From the IMG/VR virus record IMGVR_UViG_3300034007_000002, positions 1-37,729 of that record: a DNA stretch of 37,729 nucleotides; one strand, given 5' to 3'. Positions 9,284 to 16,147 of this stretch are shown here, piece by piece (within the stretch, counting starts at the first letter, position 1; each line of letters starts with the position of its first letter). The notes beneath the pieces are model-generated. The model was not told where the DNA came from. It saw nothing but the letters and a program-made list of their open reading frames with translations, and made no database searches. The position numbers and the translations under genes were made by a program. This stretch comes from a virus.

Positions 9284-9721
9284 ATGGAAGACCCAGATAA
9301 AGAACTGGAATCGTCGGCATCAACGGATCAGGGCAATCGCGCGCCTGCTGGCGGTGCGGAGGGGAGAATCGACCTTCAGTATACGCAGCCCGGCGGCCGT
9401 GTGCAGAGGACGAGCCTGACACAGTTCGCCCTCGTTAACCAATACGATGCGCATCATCGTATTTGGAGGTCGGAAGGAAGGGCTCGCGATAGACGAACTG
9501 AATATATTATGCAAGTCGCGTGTGACGTATCAAATCGAATCTTGACCGTCACGTTGAACAGTTACGTGTTTACGGCCCCTAGCACGCATATGCACGCTGT
9601 ACTTTTCAATGCAGGAAGAACCCTCGAAATAGGCTTCCTGAGAGACACCGAAGCGCACACCGATACCCCAGGGGACCAGTATCTAATCGGGAGGAATTCT
9701 CGTTTGAAGCTTTCCCTCTGA
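9284..9721 (+). CDS. Hypothetical protein (145 aa), lower-GC gene
   Basis: ORF with AGGAG 6 nt upstream of the ATG. No recognisable family. Confidence 0.55.
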   Translation: MEDPDKELESSASTDQGNRAPAGGAEGRIDLQYTQPGGRVQRTSLTQFALVNQYDAHHRIWRSEGRARDRRTEYIMQVACDVSNRILTVTLNSYVFTAPSTHMHAVLFNAGRTLEIGFLRDTEAHTDTPGDQYLIGRNSRLKLSL

Positions 9722-9832
9722 TCGCCAAGCCGCTTCCTAGAACCGCACCTCGCACGAGTGTTAGATGCTTGACGGATGAACGGCGTAGTAGGTCAGGACG
9801 CCCCCGGCACTGCCGGCCGAGTAGCTGCGCGC

Positions 9833-9874
9833 CGAAAAAAGAAGAGGGGCGAGCCCCCGAAGAGGCCCGCCCCC
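9833..9874 (-). terminator. Rho-independent terminator of the leftward SprB-like gene
   Basis: Minus-strand RNA is GGGGCGGGCC-loop-GGGCUCGCCCC, a 10-bp stem with one G-U pair, followed by UCUUCUUUUUU. Confidence 0.6.
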
Positions 9875-9920
9875 GATGGTGTCAGAGATGCCGACGACGC
9901 GTACCGTGAAGCCCTGTCCC

Positions 9921-10277
9921 TTAATAGGTGCAGGGGGCTGCAAACCCCTCAGCAGTCACCGTGCCGCTGCTATCAGTCACCTTGAAAATGACGAGCGAGG
10001 TTCCCCGATCGGTATTGCAGGGGGCGGTCATGTAGGCTGCCGTGGGGGAAGACCAGCCGCTGGTGGTCGGCACCGGAGTCCATGTAGCAGTGTAACTGCC
10101 CGTGCCCCCGCTCACCACGGCGTGACAGCTAACTTTACCCTGCCCGATGTACCAGCAATCCAGGTAGTCCACCGACAGCGCGGTTCTGGCGGCGGCGGGG
10201 CCCGGCGAGACGCTCAGCAGCGCGACGACCGAGATCATGAGGAGGACGAGGAGTCGAACCCAGCGAGTGTTGAGCAT
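9921..10277 (-). CDS. Secreted single-domain Ig/SprB-repeat-like protein (118 aa)
   Basis: Signal peptide MLNTRWVRLLVLLMISVVALLSVSPGPAAA, then C-x10-C...SGGTGSYTATW...VTDSSG...C. It is a paralog of 19948..20271 and has AGGAG upstream of the start. Confidence 0.8.
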   Translation of the reverse strand: MLNTRWVRLLVLLMISVVALLSVSPGPAAARTALSVDYLDCWYIGQGKVSCHAVVSGGTGSYTATWTPVPTTSGWSSPTAAYMTAPCNTDRGTSLVIFKVTDSSGTVTAEGFAAPCTY

Positions 10278-10344
10278 TGTGTTCTCCTATAGAGATAGAG
10301 GTAGAGGTTAGAGTGGATGCGGAGTGAGGTTAAGGCGCAGGGAA

Positions 10345-10373
10345 ATCTTGCATGACGTGTCCGGGGTTGTCAA
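10345..10373 (-). promoter_or_regulatory. Sigma70-type promoter TTGACA-17-CAAGAT for 9921..10277
   Basis: Reverse complement of 10368-10373 is TTGACA, followed by a 17-bp spacer; reverse complement of 10345-10350 is CAAGAT. Confidence 0.5.
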
Positions 10374-10416
10374 ACCGCCCGGCTCGCCTCCTTTCTCCTG
10401 TGCGGGCAGCGCCCCG

Positions 10417-10445
10417 TTGACACCACGCACCTCCGGTCGTATCGT
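10417..10445 (+). promoter_or_regulatory. Sigma70-type promoter TTGACA-17-TATCGT for the Cys-rich peptide gene
   Basis: TTGACA at 10417-10422, a 17-bp spacer, TATCGT at 10440-10445. The same hexamers and spacing occur at 19394-19422 and 20343-20371. Confidence 0.65.
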
Positions 10446-10505
10446 TCCCCCGTCACGGCCCCTCAACCTCATCGGCTTATGCTACTCACGACGAAGGAGA
10501 ACATC

Positions 10506-10700
10506 ATGCTGAAACGACTCACGCGCAAACTCATCACACTGTCCGTGCTCGTCGTCGCCCTCGCGGCCGTTTCGTCCGCTCCCGCCTCGGCTACGAGCTT
10601 TAACTGGGAATGCTATCAGGCACTCGACCCGAATACGGGGGAGTGCGTTATAATTTGCTGCGATGGTTCATGGTGCGACGGGACCCCCTGCCCAACCTAG
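10506..10700 (+). CDS. Secreted Cys-rich mini-protein (64-aa precursor, 6 Cys in about 35 mature residues)
   Basis: AAGGAG lies 6 nt upstream of ATG 10506. The product is signal peptide MLKRLTRKLITLSVLVVALAAVSSAPASA followed by TSFNWECYQALDPNTGECVIICCDGSWCDGTPCPT. Confidence 0.8.
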   Translation: MLKRLTRKLITLSVLVVALAAVSSAPASATSFNWECYQALDPNTGECVIICCDGSWCDGTPCPT

Positions 10701-10726
10701 AAGGCTTCCGCGAAAGAGCCTAGAGA

Positions 10727-10756
10727 GGGGCGGGGCTTCGGCCTTGCCCTTTTCTC
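10727..10756 (+). terminator. Rho-independent terminator
   Basis: GGGGCGGGGC-UUCG-GCCUUGCCCU, a 10-bp stem including G-U pairs with a UUCG tetraloop, followed by UUUCUC. Confidence 0.7.
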
Positions 10757-10779
10757 ATTCCCGGGCGTACCATTTACGC

Positions 10780-11004
10780 ATGAGCGAAGACCCCACCCAC
10801 AATCTGGAAGAGAAGTACGACACGAGGCCGATGCTCGAGACGATACTCAGGGAAATGCGCGCCGGGTTCGAGCGCATAGACGCCCGGCTCGACCGCATTG
10901 AAGCTCAGCTCGACCGGACGACGAGCGTCGCCCACGAAACGCGCGCCGAGGTGCGCGAACTGAAGGGGCAGCTTAAAGAACACTTCCCGTCGTTGATTAA
11001 GTAA
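10780..11004 (+). CDS. Small coiled-coil protein (74 aa)
   Basis: The internal ATG gives MSEDPTHNLEEKYDTRPMLETILREMRAGFERIDARLDRIEAQLDR..., with a heptad-like pattern. The upstream part of the tracked ORF overlaps the terminator. Confidence 0.55.
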   Translation: MSEDPTHNLEEKYDTRPMLETILREMRAGFERIDARLDRIEAQLDRTTSVAHETRAEVRELKGQLKEHFPSLIK

Positions 11005-11071
11005 GCGCCAAAAACATACCCGACTCCCTCACGTCATAAGATTACGCGAAGCCGGGTGGAGGGAAAGGCGA

Positions 11072-11326
11072 GTGAGTGTGCCTGAACCGACGCGCGACGG
11101 TGTGGAGCTGGCGCGGACCATGCTGGCAGAGGAGGGTGACCCGCTCGCCAATTACTTGGGGCTCATCGTCGGGCGGGTGATGAGTCTGAACTACGACGGG
11201 CTCGCCGCGATCTTCGACGAGCGCCGCGACGAGTTCGAGGCGCGCGGGGCGGGCGACCTGTTGCGGAAGATTCAGGCCGACGTTGACAACCTCTTCTCGG
11301 GATTCATCAACGTCGGCGGGGGGTGA
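11072..11326 (+). CDS. Hypothetical protein (84 aa)
   Basis: GTG start preceded by GGAGGGAAAGG. No recognisable family. Confidence 0.5.
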   Translation: MSVPEPTRDGVELARTMLAEEGDPLANYLGLIVGRVMSLNYDGLAAIFDERRDEFEARGAGDLLRKIQADVDNLFSGFINVGGG

Positions 11327-11354
11327 GAAGTAGCCCCCTATCTGTTTCTTCACC

Positions 11355-11380
11355 GCCCGGTCAGAAATGGCCGGGCTTTT
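11355..11380. terminator. Hairpin between convergent genes (possible bidirectional terminator)
   Basis: GCCCGG (11355-11360) pairs with CCGGGC (11371-11376) and is followed by TTTT. It lies between the + gene ending at 11326 and the - gene ending at 11438. Confidence 0.4.
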
Positions 11381-11437
11381 CTGTAGAGGGGCGGGCGCGT
11401 GCCGGTGACACGTGCCCACCCCGTTCACCGTCTCGCC

Positions 11438-11713
11438 CTACTGAGCGTCCCCTTTTCGCAGCGCCTCAAGCTCGCGCCGCATGGCCTCATACCTGAACTC
11501 GTCAACGCGCGGCAGGGACGAGACGAGCCGGTCTTCGATGGCCGACGAAAAGCTCTCGCGCTCGCCGGCTTCGATGTAGGTGAAGGCGTGGACGAGCAGC
11601 AGGAGCCGCGCGACCTGTTCGGCGTTCCCGGCGCTCGTGATGCTCTCCGCGAGGTCTGCCGCCTCTTCAAACGTGAGCGGGTTGCTCCCGCGCCAGTCGG
11701 GTTGCTTCGGCAT
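11438..11713 (-). CDS. Hypothetical protein (91 aa), last gene of the leftward operon
   Basis: Its ATG shares one base with the TGA of the upstream gene (TGATG). The product starts MPKQPDWRGSNPLTFEEAADL. Confidence 0.6.
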   Translation of the reverse strand: MPKQPDWRGSNPLTFEEAADLAESITSAGNAEQVARLLLLVHAFTYIEAGERESFSSAIEDRLVSSLPRVDEFRYEAMRRELEALRKGDAQ

Positions 11714-12189
11714 CACGCGCCCCCTTTCTCGGCGCGCGCGGCCCGCAACGCGCGCCGCCTGTCCGTCCCGGTCAACGCTTCGACGCGCGCAGCCGAAGGG
11801 ACGAAGGGCGGGGCGCTGAGAACGTCGCACGCCACCGGGAACAGCGCCTTGACCGCCGCCGGGTATTCGATGAAGTGCCGGAGCGCGACGCCGCAGACCT
11901 CTAGGGCGTAGGCGCTAACCGCGTCGTAAACCTCCGGCGGCGTCGCGGGGTCACTCAGCACGGCGGCGATGTTGTGCGCGACGCGGGCGACCTCGCCGCG
12001 CGCCACGTCTCCGCGCGGCCTCCCGCCTCCCATACCTATCTCACTCAGTGTCGCCAGTTCGGCGGCCGTGTATTCCGTCAGCCGATACCCGCCCGCGACC
12101 AACGTGCGGCGGCGGGCGAAGTCGTCTGCCCACTCGCGCGCGGCGGCCTTGCCCTTCGCGCTGCGCCTCTGTACTTTCTTCGTAGTCAT
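11713..12189 (-). CDS. Hypothetical protein (158 aa) with basic N-terminal tag MTTKKVQRRSAKGK
   Basis: The internal ATG at 12189 reproduces the N-terminus of the neighbouring gene. The longer tracked ORF start looks like out-of-context extension. Confidence 0.6.
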   Translation of the reverse strand: MTTKKVQRRSAKGKAAAREWADDFARRRTLVAGGYRLTEYTAAELATLSEIGMGGGRPRGDVARGEVARVAHNIAAVLSDPATPPEVYDAVSAYALEVCGVALRHFIEYPAAVKALFPVACDVLSAPPFVPSAARVEALTGTDRRRALRAARAEKGGA

Positions 12190-12266
12190 TAGTTGCACTT
12201 CCCTTCTAAGTTGTGGACTTTGGCCGAAGGGGCGGGCGGTGTGGAGCACTACCCGCCCCCGCATCT

Positions 12267-12836
12267 CTACACGCCCACGACGGACGCGCGCACCTCTTCG
12301 GCCGTCGCGTCATCGTTCAACGCCTCCCGCAGCGTCTCGAAGATTGAGAGGAACTGTTCCGGTACGCCGTCGCAGTTCTTCGTCATCTCCAGGAGCGTGA
12401 GCGGCAGCATGACGCGCACGACGGCGGGCGTCGTCCACGACACGTTACTGCCGTCGAGAATGTCGTCCGTGAAGACGGCCCCGAACGCGTGCCGGAAGGC
12501 GTCGGAGCAGTTCGGGTGCTCAAGCGTGCGGCAGAGCATTTCCACGGACGCGAGCCACTTGCGGAGGTCGCCGTCCGTGACGGCCCTATCTCGCATCCGG
12601 CCGGGCAGCGTGACGACCATGTGAACGTCTCCGGGTCGCGTCTCGTCGTAGACGACGGCGAGGCGGGAGAGCGCGAACGGGTTGTTGTGGTGGTTCTCGT
12701 AGTGGGCGAGCGCGGCGTCGAAAGCCTTCCGCGCGTATTCGACGGCGTCGGTCTTGAACGCCTCGGCGGCGTCCGGCCTCTCGGCCGGCTTGCCCTTGCG
12801 GCTCGCGCCGCGCTTCTGTACCTTCTTGGTGGTCAT
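12267..12836 (-). CDS. Hypothetical protein (189 aa) with basic N-terminal tag MTTKKVQKRGASRKGK; first gene of the leftward operon
   Basis: AAGGGA SD upstream of the ATG. The N-terminal 15 aa are paralogous to those of 11713..12189. Confidence 0.65.
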   Translation of the reverse strand: MTTKKVQKRGASRKGKPAERPDAAEAFKTDAVEYARKAFDAALAHYENHHNNPFALSRLAVVYDETRPGDVHMVVTLPGRMRDRAVTDGDLRKWLASVEMLCRTLEHPNCSDAFRHAFGAVFTDDILDGSNVSWTTPAVVRVMLPLTLLEMTKNCDGVPEQFLSIFETLREALNDDATAEEVRASVVGV

Positions 12837-12973
12837 CTACTTATCCCTTTCGTTGGTAGGTTGTTGGCCGTGAGCCGTTGGCGTGCCTGTAACACGCTGG
12901 CGGCTCGTTTCCCTTCTGGCCCTGCGTTCGGTCGGAGGTGAATTCGCTCCGCCGAATGGTTAACTTGTGCGTA

Positions 12974-13002
12974 AGTCTAACGCGAGAGAAAGGGAAAGTC
13001 AA
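12974..13002 (-). promoter_or_regulatory. Leftward promoter TTGACT-17-TAGACT
   Basis: The minus strand reads TTGACT ttccctttctctcgcgt TAGACT. The -10 is embedded in CGCGTTAGACTT. Confidence 0.55.
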
Positions 13003-13016
13003 ACTAACAATTACTC

Positions 13017-13046
13017 TTGCGTAAACTTTTCTTTGGCGTTAGACTT
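13017..13046 (+). promoter_or_regulatory. Rightward promoter TTGCGT-17-TAGACT, 8 nt upstream of ATG 13054 (leaderless mRNA predicted)
   Basis: TTGCGT aaacttttctttggcgt TAGACT tcccagcc ATG. The -10 is embedded in GGCGTTAGACTT. No SD can fit in the 8-nt gap. Confidence 0.55.
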
Positions 13047-13053
13047 CCCAGCC

Positions 13054-13272
13054 ATGAGTGCAACACTTACGACCAAAGAAGCAGCCGAGCGCCTCGGAGT
13101 TTCGCCAGCGCGCGTGCGTCAACTTGTACTTTCGGGCGAACTGCCGGCTGAAAAGTTCGGCCGTGACCTGATGATTAAAGAAGGTGATTTGAAGTTGGTC
13201 GCGGATCGCCCGATAGGTCGGCCGCCGAAGGCGCAGACCAAGAACACAGCAAAGAAAGGCAGTAAGAAATGA
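13054..13272 (+). CDS. Excisionase/MerR-like HTH DNA-binding protein (72 aa)
   Basis: LTTKEAAERLGVSPARVRQLVLSGELPAEKFGRDLMIKEGDL fits the HTH_17 / excisionase-family pattern. The C-terminal tail is AKKGSKK. Confidence 0.75.
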   Translation: MSATLTTKEAAERLGVSPARVRQLVLSGELPAEKFGRDLMIKEGDLKLVADRPIGRPPKAQTKNTAKKGSKK

Positions 13273-13514
13273 GCAGACAGCCACTTTCACCACCAGCAGA
13301 GCTAGACCTCGAAGACATAGCGGAAGGAATCACCGCTGTGCTTGATGGCCAAGACGCAATACTGAAGATGCTATGGTCGATACGAAGTGGCGTTAATGCG
13401 TCTTTCTTGGATGACTCCGATTTTCAGGTCATTAATATGCGGCGCAACTTCGCGCGGAACAATTTGAGAGTCAAGTCCGCTGCCGCAAAGGCAAAGAAAG
13501 GCGGGAAGAAGTAA
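13269..13514 (+). CDS. Hypothetical small acidic protein (81 aa), C-terminal tail AKKGGKK
   Basis: ATGA overlap with the upstream gene. No recognisable family. Confidence 0.6.
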   Translation: MSRQPLSPPAELDLEDIAEGITAVLDGQDAILKMLWSIRSGVNASFLDDSDFQVINMRRNFARNNLRVKSAAAKAKKGGKK

Positions 13515-13531
13515 GTTACGACTCCTGTGAA

Positions 13532-13885
13532 GTGAATAGAATGAAAAAGTCAGAACAAAAGTTGCTACGTAAATCCCTGAACAAGATTCTTCCTAGGGAT
13601 AGAGTTTCGCGGGAGGAACTAATTGGTAAAACTCCGCAGGAGCGGACAGATATACTTCTAGACCGCCTTGTGACTCCCGAGCAACAAGAGCGCGCAGGGC
13701 GCTATATGAACCGGACATTAGTGAGAATCTCTCTGCGAGAGGCACCCTCAGACGATGTGCCTCCCATAGATAAGATCAAGCTCTACGCCCGCTCCGGCTA
13801 CCACCTGCACCACATCGGCACGGATGAGGACTTCGAGCAAGTGTGGGAAGAGGCATTCCCTGAAGAGAAAGGCGGGAAGAAGTGA
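13532..13885 (+). CDS. Hypothetical protein (117 aa; alternative ATG at 13541), C-terminal tail EKGGKK
   Basis: ORF in series with its neighbours. No recognisable family. Confidence 0.55.
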   Translation: MNRMKKSEQKLLRKSLNKILPRDRVSREELIGKTPQERTDILLDRLVTPEQQERAGRYMNRTLVRISLREAPSDDVPPIDKIKLYARSGYHLHHIGTDEDFEQVWEEAFPEEKGGKK

Positions 13886-13953
13886 GCGGTGAGGAGATTA
13901 AATTGGCTGATGTGAGATACAAGGCGGCGCGCGAGCTGCGATAGGAAAGACCA

Positions 13954-14334
13954 TTGTTCGAGTCTGAAGAAGAGAAGAGAGTCAAATTTCTCTCCCGCAT
14001 TACCGATGAGGCGTATGAGCTTGCGATTCGGCTCGGCGTTTCAGAGGCTGCGGAGGGGGGAAGCGAGAGCGACCTGTACGCCCTCGAAAAGCTGTACCGC
14101 ATCCGGCTCATGGCTGTGCGGCGGATGATACGTCGCTGGAATGCTTCCACCGAAGCCGATATAGAGTTTAGGAAGACCGACGAGCAGAAGGCCCGGGACG
14201 CGCGCCACGCAGAACTGACCGAAATGTTCATGCGCGAGAAAGGGATGTCGCGGGTCGATGCGATGGTCGCGGCGTCGGGCGCCATGTACATGGAGGTCTA
14301 CAGCAAAGACAAGGACGACGATCTCGCTAACTAA
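13954..14334 (+). CDS. Hypothetical protein (126 aa, TTG start uncertain)
   Basis: ORF in the same operon-like series. No recognisable family. Confidence 0.45.
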   Translation: MFESEEEKRVKFLSRITDEAYELAIRLGVSEAAEGGSESDLYALEKLYRIRLMAVRRMIRRWNASTEADIEFRKTDEQKARDARHAELTEMFMREKGMSRVDAMVAASGAMYMEVYSKDKDDDLAN

Positions 14335-14373
14335 CGTCCCCGAGTACGACGGGCGACGAGGAGGGCAGTTACA

Positions 14374-14562
14374 GTGGAACTAGAGCTTGGAGAGTATGCG
14401 CGGTGGATTCTCGTCGAAAGCCCCGATGACTTCGACTGGGAAGAAGTGAGCTATGACGGGCACGGGTACGTCATCCTGAAGGACAGAAGCAGGCTCGACG
14501 TGAAACCGGATTTGTATCGGGCCGAGCGAGAGGCATGGAACGCAGAGCGGCATAGTAGATAG
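14374..14562 (+). CDS. Hypothetical small acidic protein (62 aa)
   Basis: GTG start preceded by GAGGAGG. No recognisable family. Confidence 0.5.
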   Translation: MELELGEYARWILVESPDDFDWEEVSYDGHGYVILKDRSRLDVKPDLYRAEREAWNAERHSR

Positions 14563-14609
14563 CAGTCTTAATGTCACTAACGTCATACTCGGCGAAGGTT
14601 TAGAGGGTT

Positions 14610-15308
14610 ATGGACGAAATAGCAACTCAGAAGTTCGTAAAGGAAGCAGTCTCACAATTCGTAGAGCTATGGGAAGATATTCCTGAAGCCCAACTAATCA
14701 AGCGCGACTCCAATCACTTCTTAATTGTTAAACCAACCTCTCTAATAAAAGAACTAAATGATGCCATACCATACGCAACGATACACATAAACTTAGAAGA
14801 GTTGTCCAGGCATTTTTTAAAGTCCGGGTCTATCGGGGAGCCAAGTATAGATAAAAGGTACATTGCTAAATTACAGATTCACGACATGCTCCGTACGGCT
14901 GAACTTGCCCCTAGCGTCTTCTCCTATTTCCTTAATTTTCTAGAGATATTGACGCTCCGAGAAGGTTTGGAGTCCCTATTAGGGTCTTTATCTGAAGACT
15001 CAAAGACAAAACTTGCAGAAGTTGCTGAACGCCTATTTCAAGTCATGTTGCAGCACTATAAGCTTCTGAAGGAGACAAAGCCCGGAGCCTCAAGTGTTAT
15101 TACTGATTTTGAAGCGCTTGAGGTCTTCCGCAAATCTAGGAATAGAGTGCTTTCCAAACGCCAATTAGCAAAAGAGATGCAAACAACTCCGGCTACCGTG
15201 CGTAGTTGGCTTCACAGAAAGGGATTCAAATCATCTGAAGAATTGCTGGATGATCTTTTAAAGCGTATTCACACTCTAATAGACAATGCACGGGAGGGTG
15301 AGAAGTAA
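14610..15308 (+). CDS. Low-GC paralog 1: unknown N-terminal domain plus C-terminal HTH
   Basis: Aligns by eye with 15380..16147. The N-termini share MDE..Q...K..V..F...W.D.PEAQ..KRD..HFLIVK and HINLEE. The C-termini share KPGASSVI...LAKE..T.PATVR.WL..KG..S..EL.DD. Confidence 0.75.
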   Translation: MDEIATQKFVKEAVSQFVELWEDIPEAQLIKRDSNHFLIVKPTSLIKELNDAIPYATIHINLEELSRHFLKSGSIGEPSIDKRYIAKLQIHDMLRTAELAPSVFSYFLNFLEILTLREGLESLLGSLSEDSKTKLAEVAERLFQVMLQHYKLLKETKPGASSVITDFEALEVFRKSRNRVLSKRQLAKEMQTTPATVRSWLHRKGFKSSEELLDDLLKRIHTLIDNAREGEK

Positions 15309-15379
15309 GTCGCTTTAGTTAGTGTTAGCCGCAGCCCGGTATGACCAAGAGCACAGTGTTAAGTAGAAGCTGAAAAGTT

Positions 15380-16147
15380 ATGGACGAAGAGGCAATCCAG
15401 AGGCTTGCGAAGAACGTAGTAGTGACGTTTCTAGTGGATTGGAAAGACACGCCCGAGGCGCAGGTGGTTAAGCGAGACGGGGCACATTTCTTGATCGTGA
15501 AGCTAGACTCACCGTTCTCTGCTGCGTTACATATCAATCTGGAAGAGAGATGCGAGCATGAGCTAAAACATCTCTACGAAGTAGTCGGGACGGAAGAAAG
15601 TGCGGACGATACTACTGACCTTATTTATAGTCTCGTCTATCGCCTACCACAGGAACTAACTTACATAACTAGAAGCGTGCCCGGTCTCTTCATCTACAGT
15701 CTTCATCTGCTGGACTTGTTAGCGTACCGTGAGCGCCTACGATCTGTATCAGAGTCTTTAACTCAAGGCAGACGGGAAAGGACTGAACTAGTAGCCAGAA
15801 TATTAACTCAAGGGTTATTACTGGCGCATGGCTTAACAGAGAGAAAGAAGCCGGGAGCATCAAGTGTCATCGATGACGACAAAGTACTTGATATTTTTCT
15901 TAGACTCCAAGGTGACGTGCCTTCAATCCGTAGGTTAGCAAAAGAACTAGAAACCGAACCTGCCACCGTGCGTAACTGGCTTCGCAAGAAGGGCTACAAC
16001 TCGCCTAAAGAATTAGCAGACGACGTAGTAAATTCAAATTCCAACTCAAAAGTAGATTTCTTTCTAAAAGTCAAAAGGTTACTTACTAAAAGTCAAAAGG
16101 GAACAACGGAAAGAAAGCAAAGGGGGAGGGTAGAAATTAAGCCCTAA
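15380..16147 (+). CDS. Low-GC paralog 2: unknown N-terminal domain plus C-terminal HTH
   Basis: Shares the motifs listed for 14610..15308. Its last codons lie inside the left arm of the 33-bp inverted repeat. Confidence 0.75.
   Translation: MDEEAIQRLAKNVVVTFLVDWKDTPEAQVVKRDGAHFLIVKLDSPFSAALHINLEERCEHELKHLYEVVGTEESADDTTDLIYSLVYRLPQELTYITRSVPGLFIYSLHLLDLLAYRERLRSVSESLTQGRRERTELVARILTQGLLLAHGLTERKKPGASSVIDDDKVLDIFLRLQGDVPSIRRLAKELETEPATVRNWLRKKGYNSPKELADDVVNSNSNSKVDFFLKVKRLLTKSQKGTTERKQRGRVEIKP

Noticed and set aside
10479-10505. Upstream ATG 10479 as the start of the Cys-rich peptide gene
   Set aside because: ATG 10506 has AAGGAG at ideal spacing. It gives a canonical signal peptide (MLKRLTRK...), and it matches the start context of the paralog at 19497.
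13954-13966. A tRNA T-loop-like string, GTTCGAGTC
   Set aside because: The flanks cannot form a T-arm or an acceptor stem. I saw no cloverleaf anywhere in the window.
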